Part shown: positions 41,680-55,349 of the stretch, in pieces
Layout of the letters: the number at the start of each line of letters is the position of its first letter
Position numbering within the stretch: the stretch's first letter is position 1
Source of the DNA: Eledone cirrhosa
Lineage: Eukaryota
DNA: 64,000 nt
Assembly (NCBI GenBank): GCA_964016885.1
Contig: OZ024743.1
Coordinates: forward strand, 347,944,001-348,008,000
Direction: 5' to 3'
Notes under the pieces: generated by a model
What the model saw: only the letters and a program-made list of their open reading frames with translations
Databases searched by the model: none
What the model was told of the DNA's origin: nothing
Position numbers and translations under genes: made by a program

Positions 41680-42080
41680 TGAAACGGTAGTGTTAGTTCT
41701 AGCTTTTTACAATGTAAGTTCAAATCACACACAGATAAATTCGCCTTTCATGCTTCCGAGTTTGAGAAAACAAAGTACCATTCTGGTACTGAGCTTGATG
41801 TAATCGAGTTTCCACTACCAGAACATTGTGGGCCTTAGGCTTTAATTAGAATTCATTATCAATCAAGCAAGGACTATGGGATGACAGAGTTCTAAGTACG
41901 TCGGACAAGATATGATTATCAGTATTTCATCCGGCTGTTTACATTTTGTGATCAAATCCCAGAGATACCAGTTTGTATTTCAGACTTCCAGTATCGATAA
42001 AATAACGTATTCGTGCCGATACAATAAAAGTTTTGCATTCCAAAAATTATTGTCCTTGTGAATAAACTGTTATTATTCAT
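41680..42080 (+). mobile_element. Two decayed SINE family A copies
   Basis: gttcaaatc..cgcctttcat..aaagtacca; atcaaatccc..cgataaaataa. Confidence 0.6.
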
Positions 42081-42675
42081 CAGATAACTAATCCGATAAA
42101 TAATAACTAATTCTAATCAATTTATCGGTAAAAAGCCGTTTAGTGGAGAAACTTACTCTTTGTATGGTTATTTTTTATGATTGTTTGGCTGACGTTTTTC
42201 TGTTGGTTATTGAGGTTTTTAACTAAACCGTTAAGGATTGAAGAACTGGAAGGTTTGGCTTAACGGCATCAACTGTTTGGTAATACAGGAACATAGTTGA
42301 TGACCAACGTCTTCCTCAAAGTTTTCTTTAGGATCCCTAAGCTTAAATATATCAAACATTCAGAACTTTGTGGGAAAATGAAACATTCTTTTTTTTATAA
42401 AAGAGATGAACGAAATTACTGAGTAGAAATAGAGAAATACTCTGTATTGAAATTCAATCTGTAACAAATCCATACAGCTCTAATTAAGAGAAGCAACAAT
42501 ACATATGGAAAACTTATGGTTTGATTACCATTTTAATGAAAGTAAATTTATATCTTTATAAGTCTCGTGAAAGACGAATGCGCTAGATTCAAATAATAAA
42601 CACTTTATTACATTTGCTTACCAAAGTGGTAAACCATGTTTTTTTTATTCTTCCACCACCTACACACACACACAC

Positions 42676-42798
<123 letters not shown>

Positions 42799-42849
42799 AT
42801 ATATATATATATATATATATATCCAAGAGCTGTATAGATTCCGCAAGGA

Positions 42850-44900
42850 TCACAAAACAACCACCGATCCAGTGGCAGGAACAGCAAAGGTCTAGTGTGC
42901 GGAGTAAACATCGCCACTAACTAGAGGATCTCCTAATTTCTCTCAGTGATAATACCTCCCACAATCAAGATGACCCCTGCCGTGTGTGACAGCAAGATAA
43001 CCTACTCAACAGAATCAACAGGTACAACAAAGCCCAAGACCTGAAAATCTACATAACATAATATACTTATACCCATCGTTTGACATTGATCTTTTTATAG
43101 ATAAATGCGTGAAAATGATCTGCGAGAGTGATGTGGTCTTCTGATTGGAGGGCACTGAGGAACAGAGGAACTGAGGCTCCTCATTCTACTTATCTGCGTC
43201 AGAGAATATCTAGATAAATACTTATTACCTCTTTCTATCCCAGTACACCCATAAGATCTCCCACCATGATCTCAATAGCCAAATGGATTGCGTTGGTGGT
43301 CGAGAGCCATACCGACCCCCACAAAAAATCACAACTAAAAAGTAAGTATGATCACATATGCGGCGAGTGCGAGTATTAAAACTTCCCTAAATTTCAATGT
43401 GTTTAAGTTCAAAAATAAAACTCTAGCATGAAGGAGCGGTCATCGGCGTCAGCGTCGCTGGGGATGTTGTCAATCTGTTCATGGTGTGGTTGGTCAGGGA
43501 GTCTCAATTAATGCTTAGATGTGAACTCCATAGCCATAGGCAGGTACTCAACCTATGTTGACGATAATAATATAGTAGTTAAAACTCCCACACGAGAGAG
43601 TACCTATGTGTTAGGGTAACAGCAGACCATCCCACTAAACACCCCTACAATAGATTACCCTTCTTAGACACAGAACTCTGGAAGGAAACTAATAATGGTA
43701 TCGCTCAAACCATCCATTCACAAAATACCAAACCCATGGACACCAAGTACCCGATCCAGCAGAACTAAGATATCTCAAATAGTGTTGATATCGGACCTGG
43801 TAAGGATAATGAGAATCGTGTCACGCATGAGCGATTCAACAGAGCTAGAGAGACACATACAGCACTTTATCCACCGCATGCATCTGGTTATAACCAACAC
43901 ATCAGGATCAGAGTTTATAATGGAGTGATGACTAAATTAAAAACCATTATGGAGAATATGAATGGGATTTGCTCACTATACAGGGGCAAATCATGGAATA
44001 ACATAGAAAGGACTAAGAAAATGAGGACAACTCGTGGTATAACAGTCTAACATACCAGAATGCCATGGTTGGTTGATGCTATACCTGAAAGCGAACTGGC
44101 GTATCGTTTTAGAAGAGCTTTAGAATAAATTGAACCTTAGAATTAAAGTAGTAAAAAACAAAACAGGAGCTACCATAAATTCACGGATCAGTAGGACATA
44201 TCTCTTTAGAAAAAAAAACCCTACTGATAAAAACTGTATAACCTGTAATATAAGCTCACAGATAAACTGTAAAATAAAAATGTAGTCTATAGGATAAGAG
44301 GTACAAAGGGACAATGCAAAAACAAAAAAATAAATATACATATGAAAGATATCCCGCAGTATAGGACAGACAATAAGGGAACAATGTCGAGAACTTAACG
44401 AGGAGAAAATGTCATCGGTGATATACGAACATGCCATACTAGAAAACAAGGGTTCAATAGATAACATTGAAGTAAAGATCCGATCCACACATAGAACAGC
44501 TGTAACGCTCAGATAAATTACGGAGGCCACACACAAAATAGAAGATATTCCTAGCCTGAACAGAAAACACTCGGAATAGTTACAGCCTGGAACTTAATGA
44601 CTGAAGACAAATGAATAACAAATTATTCAAACCAAAGCAAATATAAAACACGCTTTAGCGTGTGTGACAGTGTGTTTTTGTGTTTCTCTTAAACATAACC
44701 CCCAAAAAGACACATACACACTCAGACGAAGGCGCAAACAAGAAACACAAAAATGCACCAGAAAATAAAGAAAGAAAAGATCGAATAGAGGCTTAAGACA
44801 AGGAAAAAATGATATACAAACCAAATAATTATTGAGGAGGCCACATAATGTGAGACGAAAGAACGTTGATAAATAAATGTAAAGCGAAGATAAAGTACAG
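42850..44900 (+). mobile_element. Decayed Penelope-like retroelement (RT + GIY-YIG + 3' hammerhead-like motif)
   Basis: GAVIGVSVAGDVVNLFMVW, YVDD (43554-43565), LPFLDTEL, NVVYRI..C; TTGAGGA..GAAA..GTT at 44832-44867, then AATAAA; (TA)n on both sides. Confidence 0.8.
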
Positions 44901-45004
44901 TGAAAATTATATGGTACACATGTTTCTTTCTATTGACAATATTGGCAACATGACCAGCCTCAAATATAACAGTATATATATATATATATATATGGGTGTG
45001 TAAA

Positions 45005-45079
<75 letters not shown>

Positions 45080-45131
45080 GCACACACACACACACACACA
45101 CACACGCGCACACACACACACACACACACAG

Positions 45132-45175
<44 letters not shown>

Positions 45176-45494
45176 CAGATATATGTGGATAGTAACTTGC
45201 TATAGCAAATATTTGAGAGTATGATATATACATATTTTATGAATCCTGTTTTTTTAAGGGTTTTATTTTTAAGGTATTTTCAAATACAAAGTACTTCAAT
45301 TTGTATTACACAAGCGTTTTTCCTGAATTTTTAGTTACAAATTATAGACTTTACTGAGAGATGATCAAGTATTGAAAAAAAAGCCGCAGCATTGAGTAAT
45401 CGATCAATAATATTTCTTTAACGATACTCATTGGGCAAGGTCACACACAGACACGCCCTCAACACGTATATTCATATATACCTGTCTGTATGTT

Positions 45495-45671
<177 letters not shown>

Positions 45672-45689
45672 CTATCTAGGGCGAGTAAA

Positions 45690-46140
45690 ATTCCCGAGAT
45701 CCATGGACGAGTTCTCCCCAGCGGTCTCTGTCCCTCATTATCGCTGCCATCTCCTGCGTCTCCGACAGACCAGTATCTGTCCTTAGGGCATCAACATACG
45801 TTAACCTTGGTCTTCCTCTTCAAGTGTGTTCATGTTGGGGCTCCCACAGGAGCACTGCGTGCAATGTCAACTCTGGATGTCGATGAGCATGCCCAGCTAA
45901 CCTCAGTCTCCTCTGTGTCACTTTTGAGCTGACGTTTGGGAGCCTCCCATACAGCTTTGAGTTTTTCATCCTCAGTGTATAGTGATTAATGTTCAGAGCC
46001 ATCCTAAGCATTCTTGTGTAGCACCCATCCACCATATGAGTGAGTTTCTTGGTCAGTGTCCGAGTCTCAGATGCGTACAGCAGCACATACTCCACTACAG
46101 CAATGAAGAGGCGGATTTTCAGGTCTTTACGAAGGGAGTG
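45690..46140 (-). mobile_element. RTE-clade LINE 3' fragment
   Basis: KIRLFIAVVEYVLLYASET.TLTK..DGCYTRMLRMALNI..RRLRLAGH..RHPE..LLWEPQH. Confidence 0.85.
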
Positions 46141-46298
46141 TGGTAAGGAACCAGGTGGAGCATAACGCACCAGAGTACTCAATACTTTGGGCATTAGAGT
46201 GGATAATAGGAAAATGTTCAACAGTCTGTCCAGAAATAGCCGTGTCGAAGGTTTGAGTTCTGCCGACGGGGTCTTGAACATTTTCCTATTTATATAGT

Positions 46299-46940
46299 AT
46301 GAAGGACTAACTTTATTCATATGTAACCCATTTGCAACCACGCAGCACGTTTGTTCTCATATTCACACATATATTTTGCCCCGCTGTGACCCGTCTATTT
46401 CGTTATTACTGCTTCCTCTTTCTCTTTATCTTTACCCTCTCTATCAGTCACTCTCTCTCTGTTAGCCTCTTCCTCACCCTTCAGTCACTCACTCTCTGCT
46501 ACTACTTCGTCCCGTTTGACCTGTGCGTAATTCTTTTCTCGCGCACGCTTGACCAGGCTGGTTGTTCCTTTTTCTCTCTTGTCTACGATTTCTCAGAACT
46601 TATGTTCACCGAATTCAGGGACTAGACTCCTTCTTCCTCCCGTTTGACCTGTGCGACATTCCTTCCATGCTCACATTTCGACTAGGTTTGATGGTCTTTA
46701 TTCTCTCTCGTTCACGATTTCACCGAACTTATATTCATGGAAATCTGGGACTTGACTCTTTCTTCCTCACTTTTCGTGGCTTTACCATCTGTGTTTGTTT
46801 ACACTCTCACCCGTTCCCCTTATTTACGTGTCCCAACGACTTTCTTTAGCCGTTGCTCACACCAGCCGGAGGTATATGGTCTTTAAAGCGATGAAATACC
46901 AATGATGGTTGGAAGATCACTGATGAAGGACTAACTTTAT
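46299..46940 (+). repeat. ~640-bp segment bounded by 18-bp direct repeats
   Basis: atgaaggactaactttat at 46299-46316 and 46923-46940; the second is part of CTGATGA and runs into (TA)n. Confidence 0.75.
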
Positions 46941-47626
46941 ATATATATATATATATATGGGTGTGTGTGTGCGTGCATGTGCGTGTGTGTGTTTGTAGAT
47001 ACACCTACAGGCACAGACACACATACATTCATATATATATTATATATATATATATATATTTCATAAATGCGAACGGAACTAGATATATTAATTGATAAAC
47101 GCCAGTCATATCTCCTGACACGACACAAACACACATCACTTATTTATTAATAACATAATAGCCATGTGTCTAGAACTTCTATAGGCTTATTTAACTAAAG
47201 CAAATATCTAGATATATATGTAAGGAAAACTATAATGAGAAATGTTTCATATAAGAATGCGGTCGACTATTTGTGGCAGATATTTTATCTTCATCTCTTT
47301 AACTACTTTTCAGTGACTATATGTAAACTTTGTAGTACAGGCAGCTTTGAGAGAATTTTGAATAAAACTTACAACGTTTTTCTGTTAATAGCATTTCTTG
47401 AAACTTTCCTTCTACAGTGTCGCACACGCTAACAAACTCTCTCTCACACACACATTCATATTCAACCGCGCACATACGTATGCAAACAAACGTACACTCG
47501 CCTGTACACCGAATACACACCCGTATTACATAAGAAGTTACGCAAATGTCTCTTTCAATTTAAGAATTTAACATTTTCATTAATAAAATGTCTCTCTCAC
47601 TCGCCCTCCCCCTCTCTATCACCTTG

Positions 47627-47674
<48 letters not shown>

Positions 47675-47819
47675 GGAAAATGTTTAACCCCAATGGCAGA
47701 ACTCAAGCTGTTTCGACAGCTATTTCTGTCCAGAAATAACCGTCGAAACGGCTACTACCCTAAATATGGAGTACTCTGATGCGTTATGGTCTATCTGGTT
47801 CCTTACCACACTTACTCCG

Positions 47820-47870
<51 letters not shown>

Positions 47871-47952
47871 TGCATACCTACGCTAGCAGATATATATGTT
47901 TTGTCTTAGTAACTTTGTAGTTCTATGCAGGGGAATGCAGAACAATTATATG

Positions 47953-48188
47953 AAAGACGTAAATAAGAAAGTTATGAAAATTGACTTACTTACTAAAATT
48001 TCACTCCAACTAATTAGTTTCTGTAAGGGGAGTGTCCCCGCATTGCCTGGTGGCTTAGCCGAGAATAGACTCCCTGATGACGTAAGGCTTCTCTACAGGT
48101 ATTACATAACTGTATTTATCCCCTTACAGAAACTAATTAGTTGGAGTGAAATTTTAGTAAGTAAGTCAATTTTCATTTACGTCTTTAA

Positions 48189-48190
<2 letters not shown>
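47953..48190. repeat. Inverted repeat (~57-bp perfect core arms) adjoining (TA)n
   Basis: atgaaaattgac..ctgtaagggga / tccccttacag..gtcaattttcat. Confidence 0.92.
48069..48147 (+). ncRNA. Type I hammerhead ribozyme with extended stem II
   Basis: actcc-CTGATGA-cgtaagg..ccttaca-GAAAC-taatta-GTT-ggagt; perfect 5-bp stem I, palindromic stem III. Confidence 0.75.
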
Positions 48191-48234
<44 letters not shown>

Positions 48235-48657
48235 CATTATGAAGAGAGAAGAAACATTTAGATATAATTAGTAATAAAATGTATCATACCTAAACTGCTC
48301 CTAAATTCCTCGACTACGTAGTTTCGTGGCATAAACAAAAACAATATATCAAAGATATAGAGTTCTTGCGAGGTCTGCCAACTTATCAAGAGGATACCTC
48401 ATTTTACTAGTCTCAAGAACGCGTCTACACGACGTGAGAAAGAATCCCAAAAGGCGGAGGGGGAGATAGTCACGCGATATAACGGTCGAGAAACAGAGCT
48501 AAGCCTCTTATAACCACGAAGAAAATACCACGGAGGCGGAGGGGGTATTCATATCGAGGCCGTAGAAGAGGTAGTGAAGAAGGCGAGAAGTATGAGTAAT
48601 GGAAGCTTTCCAGTTGTCCCCACACCTCAAAGATTGCTCGACCAGAGGGAGCTATTA

Positions 48658-48783
48658 ATATATTTAGAAACACACAGATACATGCGGACGAGCAACATCG
48701 GTGAAGTTGGCACCCTTAACTCACAGTTGGGTGCGGATGCATTCATGTATATATGTGTGTGTCCGCATGTATCTGTGTGTTTC

Positions 48784-48792
<9 letters not shown>
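48658..48792. repeat. ~32-bp perfect inverted repeat adjoining (TA)n
   Basis: atatatttagaaacacacagatacatgcggac / gtccgcatgtatctgtgtgtttctaaatatat. Confidence 0.9.
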
Positions 48793-48846
<54 letters not shown>

Positions 48847-48898
48847 GACAATTGAGTATGTTTTGAAACAGTGAGCAGGTTTGAAATTAGAAAATAGA

Positions 48899-49036
48899 AT
48901 TTTTGACTAAAGAAATGTTAGTCTGATAATGGGGTTTAGAATCCTCAGATAAATGGAAAAAAGATGAGTATTGACGTACATGTACGTCAATACTCATCTT
49001 TTTCAAATCAGACTAAAATTTCTTTAGTCAAAAATA
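48899..49036. repeat. Palindrome centred on gtacatgtac (about 48980)
   Basis: aaaaagatgagtattgacgtaca|tgtacgtcaatactcatcttttt; same family as 21133-21272. Confidence 0.85.
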
Positions 49037-49043
49037 CGGTGAA

Positions 49044-49150
<107 letters not shown>

Positions 49151-49181
49151 AGTGTGTGTGTGTGTGTGTGTATATACATAT

Positions 49182-49512
49182 GAAGGTGCATGGCCTAATG
49201 GTTAGATCATTGGGCTTACAATGTGAGTTCCATTCTCGAACCGGTTCATGCGTTGTATCCTTGAGCAAGATACTTTATTTCACATTGAACCCCTTTACTC
49301 ATCTGTAGAAATGAGTTGCGACCTCACCATTGCCAAGCTATATCAGCCTTTGCCTTTTCATTGGACAACACCGGCAACGTGAAGAGAGGGGACTGGTATG
49401 CACATGCGACAGCTGGTCTTCTACAAACAACCTTGTTCGGACTCGTGCCTTGGAAGGGAAACTTTCTAGGGCCAAATCCCAGGGTCATTCCTGAACGAAA
49501 GGTGTATTTACT
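49182..49512 (+). mobile_element. tRNA-type SINE family B
   Basis: gaaggtgcatggcctaatggttag A-box, gagttccattc B-box, tgtatccttgagcaagatactt central domain. Confidence 0.75.
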
Positions 49513-49555
<43 letters not shown>

Positions 49556-49589
49556 TTCTTTCATTTTCTTATGTTTGACTTCAGGCAAA

Positions 49590-50250
49590 ACTTGGACACA
49601 AATGTGGTTAGTTTTCATGCCGGTTATTACTGGAACAATCTCTGCTTATTGAATTCCGTTATCTCACTGCTGAACCTATAGCATTATTTGTGCATTTTTC
49701 AGGTTTATAGGTTCAAATCATGTTTTGATTAGAATAATAGTCATTACAGGGTCAAAGTTTAGTAATTCCTGAATTTGGTTGTTGAAGCTAGGGAAGGCTT
49801 GGGTCGCTGGTCTATAATTGGTCAGGGTTTTTTTTTTTTTTTTTTTTTGGTGTATGTCTCGGTGGTGATTTCTATCTGTTGTATTGATCATATATGAGTT
49901 CTATGGCAATTACGTATTGGAGCTCCAGTTCTGTTTCATGTTGTGTACATGTAACTTCAATTTATTATTTATTTATTCTGTTCATACTCGGTTACTTGAA
50001 GTTGTTTGGTGTTAGATTCTAATCGCATTCACTTTGTTTTTATTTTTTTTTTGCGTTGTTTTCATACCTGATCCCTTCGATTCACTTCGGTCCTTTTTTG
50101 TGTTAATTGGTTCGAGGAGTGGGATAGATTTGGGATTAGTTTAATGGGCGATTGCAAGGCTTCCTTCGGGTCATTGCGGGTCCTGGTAGTTGAATGAGAA
50201 ATTCGCTTTGGTATGTGTCTTCACACCGGTCAGGTTTGTTGGGACTATGG
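49590..50250 (-). mobile_element. Probable decayed Penelope-like GIY-YIG region
   Basis: Reverse complement gives NKQR..RHEN, like the PLE terminal LNKRSE..CRH.N; heavily degraded. Confidence 0.35.
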
Positions 50251-51733
50251 ATCATCAGTAGTTCCTTGTGTCTGTGCTGATAATGTAAGTAGTATGCCAA
50301 TTACGTAATTGGGTGTTTTAGTCACTACATAGTAATATAGAGATTAGGTAACACAAATGCTACAAACTTATCACATTCAACGATGTCATTTCTCTACGAG
50401 CGTTGGAGTTTGAATTTAATCGATGGTCGATGCAGTACGCTATTGGGGGTATGGAGGATTAAGATTTGCATTTAAAATAAGTTTGGTTCAGATTTGTTTG
50501 CGTTTCAGTTGAGATATGTCTGCGTTTAGAAGAGCACGTATAAATGAAATCACCTATGTATACAGCAAATTCCTTGACAAAATATGGAAAATGTAGTTTA
50601 CGATGCATTGTGACTTTTCTATAGATTTTTCATAAGGAAATAAATAACTTCAAGTCCATGCTTTTTACTGACTTCTGTGCAGAAATATATATACTGTCAA
50701 AATTATTTCCAAATCCAGGAGCATACGCACATATGTGAAGATGGGCACCTTAATGATCGGGGTGACAACTCATGATTTTAAGTAAGTGTGTTAGCGAAAC
50801 TATTGGCTCTGCGTTCTGTTCTTCAGGATCCTTCAATCTTATTAAACATTGTTGTGCCACGTTCAAACATCCCTGATAACTTATGTTAAGAATATATGTT
50901 TCTGTGGTATCGCCAAACATGTTCACATTATTTTCTTGAGTGGGTTATCCCTTTAATCAATCAAGTGGAGCGCTTGTCGTCGGAACCTACGGGGGTACAA
51001 CGCACCTCGTTATTTATATACTGGCATTATTTGTGGAGATAGATTAGTGCGTGATTTAATAGTCTTTGGTAAAGAATTTTGCTAGAAATCCCTGTATCTT
51101 CTAAAAGTGAACGAAAATCTCCCACAAAGGGTATTATATGGCGGCAGTTAAATATATTCAGTATAATCTTGTGCTCTATATAGTATAATATAACTAAAGA
51201 CAGGATAGTCAGATCTAGAAAACCTATAACCATAGAGCTGTTCAAACGTCTCTACTTATAATAAAATTAATGAATGCATCATTGTTGATAACTACCACCC
51301 AGTTAAAACCTGATTGATAAGACATTCAATGAAAGACAGACCAGAAAGGACTATCCCATTATTCTTTTAGAGTTTATCTACCAATATTTTATTATTTAGT
51401 GTGTACTTCTTTCTGTTATTTTTGCAAGTGAAGCTACCACATTAAACTCTACATTTGACTCATGTGTCTAATTAGTATACATGGTATATAAGAAATATAT
51501 CCATATATCATTTATCATAGTACATGTGGATATGTTTTGAAGCAATGTAATTGTGTTAATGTCCTTCTACGAATACATAGGTCTATGTGTACTTCTTGCT
51601 TTCATCATGCAACAATTCTGTCATGTCTAATGATAAATATGTGATTGCTAATCTATACATGCATATACGCAGACGCACAGAGTTAAGTATACATTTATAT
51701 GTGAGCATGTGTTTGTGTGTGTGTGTGTGTGTG

Positions 51734-51796
<63 letters not shown>

Positions 51797-51952
51797 TGTG
51801 TGTGTGCGTGTGTGCGTGCGTGTGTGTGCGTGAGCGAGTGTGTAAATGTACGCGTGTGTAGGCGGTGAATATGTTTATTTGCATATACAGAGAGATGTGT
51901 ATGTATATATTCATATATATATATATACATATATATATACATATACAATATA

Positions 51953-51983
<31 letters not shown>

Positions 51984-52029
51984 GAATATATATGTATATA
52001 CATAAGCACACACACGCACTCTCTCTCTC

Positions 52030-52100
<71 letters not shown>

Positions 52101-53014
52101 GCATATATGCGTGTGTCTGAATCTGTATACACAATGTATGCATACGTATGTATGTGTGAACGAATGGATGTATGTGTGCATGCATGAAACGATAACCACC
52201 ACAATTCATATCAATTCCTCACCATTATTAGAGCTTCTATCGGCCATTTCTTCTTCTTCCTGTCTTTTATTGTATGATTTATTTTCAACATTGTATGGGT
52301 TTTGTTTTTGCTGACGTTATCTCATAAGTAGACTCCTAATTGTTCTCTCATGTAGCTGTTGTTGTAGCTGTTGTCATTGATTGTGGTTGTTGTTAATGTC
52401 GTTGTTGTTGTTGTCGTTAGTGGTTGTGTTTTTCGAGCTGCTATTCATTTTAATGAAGATCTTGGTCGATGTTCTTTATAAAGATTATGATTATGACTGT
52501 AATGATGGTGATTAGGATGATGATGATTGTGATAATGATGATATCGTTTTTGTTTTCGTTATTGTTGTTGGTATTATTGTTATGGTATTGAATTTATTTT
52601 TATCGGTATTGTTTTCATATTTATTAGTATTGTTTTTAATTTTCATTGTTGATGTTATTGTTATTGCTATGGTGGTTCTGGTTATTATTCTATTGTAGTT
52701 AATTATTGCTTAAGTTTTTCTTGCAGCCATTATTTTAATTGTAGTGAGTTTCTGTTGCTGCTATTTTTCCCCCTTTGTCACAATAACTATCATACTCTCT
52801 TATTGTTACCGTTTATTGTTGTGATGCTTGTGAGGTGGAATCACAGTTTTTATCATTCAGAAATTGAAATATGTTATTTTGAAATGTCCAATACCCTCTC
52901 ATTCATCTAACAATTATTCATCTATCTGCATTTATTATTATTGTTTATTGTTATTGATGCCCTTGCAGTTTTTGTATTAGTTCGTATTCATTCATGATTT
53001 ATCTGTTAATGAAT

Positions 53015-53076
<62 letters not shown>

Positions 53077-53095
53077 TTACTACTACTACTACTAT
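53015..53095. repeat. (TAC)n microsatellite
   Basis: Triplet run. Confidence 0.97.
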
Positions 53096-53139
53096 GATGA
53101 TTATTATTACTATTAGTGCTATTTACGCTATTTACGCTA

Positions 53140-54400
53140 TAATTTCAAATCCCATCGAGGTTAGTTTTACAGCTCATCCTTACTGGGTTGATAAATTAAG
53201 GTACCAGTAATGCACTGGTGTCGGTTTAATCGACTTTCCATTTCTCCCAAATTGTTGATCTTATGCCTAAATCAGTAACCGTTGTTATTACTCTTATTGC
53301 TGTTTTGTTATTGTATTGGTTGGTAAACTCCAGGTTAACACAGTTTGACAATCATGTTGCTTTGTATTTCGCGTACTACATCATTCATTGTGTCATTTCA
53401 TTTATATGAACGTAGAGAGTAATTCTAATACCATAGAGCGGCACTCGCTTGATCTAAAAATTTAGCAGAGGTCAGATAATATTCTTTGAAGTATTTAGAT
53501 ATGTTCTTTATTTCTGGTTTCGAACCTATCAATGAAGGATGTCGCATTTAATTTTTCAGGCACCCATAAAATAAGATATTTGTCGAGTAGTCGACTCTAA
53601 AAGAATCCGTGTCTGTGAGCAATTATCAGTAAAGGGTAGGACGCCATGCTTTGCAGTATAGAATTACGTCCCTTTACGATCATTGTTCAAATCCTGCCGA
53701 GGTTAACTTTGCCTTTCATCCTTACGGGGTCGATAAAATAAAGTACCAGTAATGCACTGGGATAATTGCTGGCCTCGTGCCAAAATAGAAACAATTATTA
53801 TTACTATAATCGTGGATTATAATCGTGGATTATTATTATAAGCTGTGGATTGGCAGAATGGGTAGAGCATCGGACACCATGCTTTGTAGCATATAATTAC
53901 GGCCCTTTATGTTCTGAGTTCAAATCCTGCCATGGTTAACTTTGCCTTTCATCCTTACGGGGTCGATAAAATAAAGTACCAGTAACGTACTGGGGTGGAT
54001 TTAATCGACTTTCCCCTCTCCTCAAATGACTTGCCTTGTGCCTAATGTAGAAATCATTATTATAATCGTTTCTTCTGTATTTTTACTTTCTTACTTCAAA
54101 CCTCAGAGAGGCTAACTTTGCAAGTCATCATGTCAGGATCGCGAACATACATTACTAATCACATACTAGGCTAGATTTACTTGACTGAGCCATTTACTAC
54201 AAACTTGCTCTCTATGTGACGTAATTAGAAACTAGTATTGTAATACCAATTTCTCAATTAAACACATCTAGGGGTTTGACAGAATCATTAGAATGTCGGA
54301 AAAAATCCCTGCAGAATTTGTCTGATTATTTACATCCGCATACCCCACAGAGGTAATATTTAACTTTTGTTTTTCTGTGTTTAGATAAAGTACCAGTTAA
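53140..54400 (+). mobile_element. Cluster of about 5 SINE family A copies of different ages
   Basis: About 53140-53290, 53620-53800, 53840-54062 (well preserved), and decayed copies at 54100-54240 and 54270-54400. Confidence 0.8.
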
Positions 54401-54428
54401 GTATAATTCCTCTTATATGAACATTAGG

Positions 54429-54502
<74 letters not shown>

Positions 54503-54578
54503 GTATAGTGGTAGCTATGGTGCTTCCGTAGGCGGTATGCCAAAATTAGCACTCGACATTCATCAGCATAGAGTGTAG

Positions 54579-54893
54579 ATATTATAAAGAAAACGAAAAA
54601 TCAGTGATGCATGTGGACTTAGTTTATTTCGTGTTACAAATGTTACGCCGGCATCTAGCTCGAGTCATGGTCCTTGTATGGATCTGGCTGATTCTACTTC
54701 TGCGGGTTCTTTCAGACACGGGTGTTATGTCCGGAGAAAATTTGATCCGGACATACCACCCATGTATGAAAGAACCCGCAGAAGTAGAATCAGCCAGATC
54801 CATACAAGGACCATGACTCGAGCTACATGCCGGCGAAACATTTGTAACACGAAATAAACTAAGTCCAGATGCATCACTGATTTTTCGTTTTCT

Positions 54894-54902
<9 letters not shown>
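54579..54902. repeat. Near-perfect hairpin, ~157-bp arms, 10-nt loop, adjoining (TA)n
   Basis: 6 mismatches by eye; loop 54736-54745; arm contains GAAAC-attt-GTA..AATAAA. Confidence 0.95.
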
Positions 54903-54988
<86 letters not shown>

Positions 54989-55349
54989 CATATAGACATG
55001 ATTCAAAATGGCCTCAGAATTGACTAGAAGAGATGCACACTTTAATGTGGGATAATACCGACGAATATTTAAGAAGGCAAGTGCAGCTCATGCGGTACAT
55101 ATATGTCCATAGAATAGTGCCCTATAGAGAAATAATACACAATGATATACTGGAGGTATAATCAATTGATGGTTTGGAAAGGAGATCAATGAGGTTAAAC
55201 TTACAATCTAAAAGCCCTAATTTCGAGGCATAGGATAATAAAGACCACCGAAGGTGATGAGAAAACAAAATTAAAAGAAATGGCATCATTATTCATACAA
55301 ATGCTCAAGCTTAAAAATAATAAAATGTATATCATATTGCTTTACCTTG

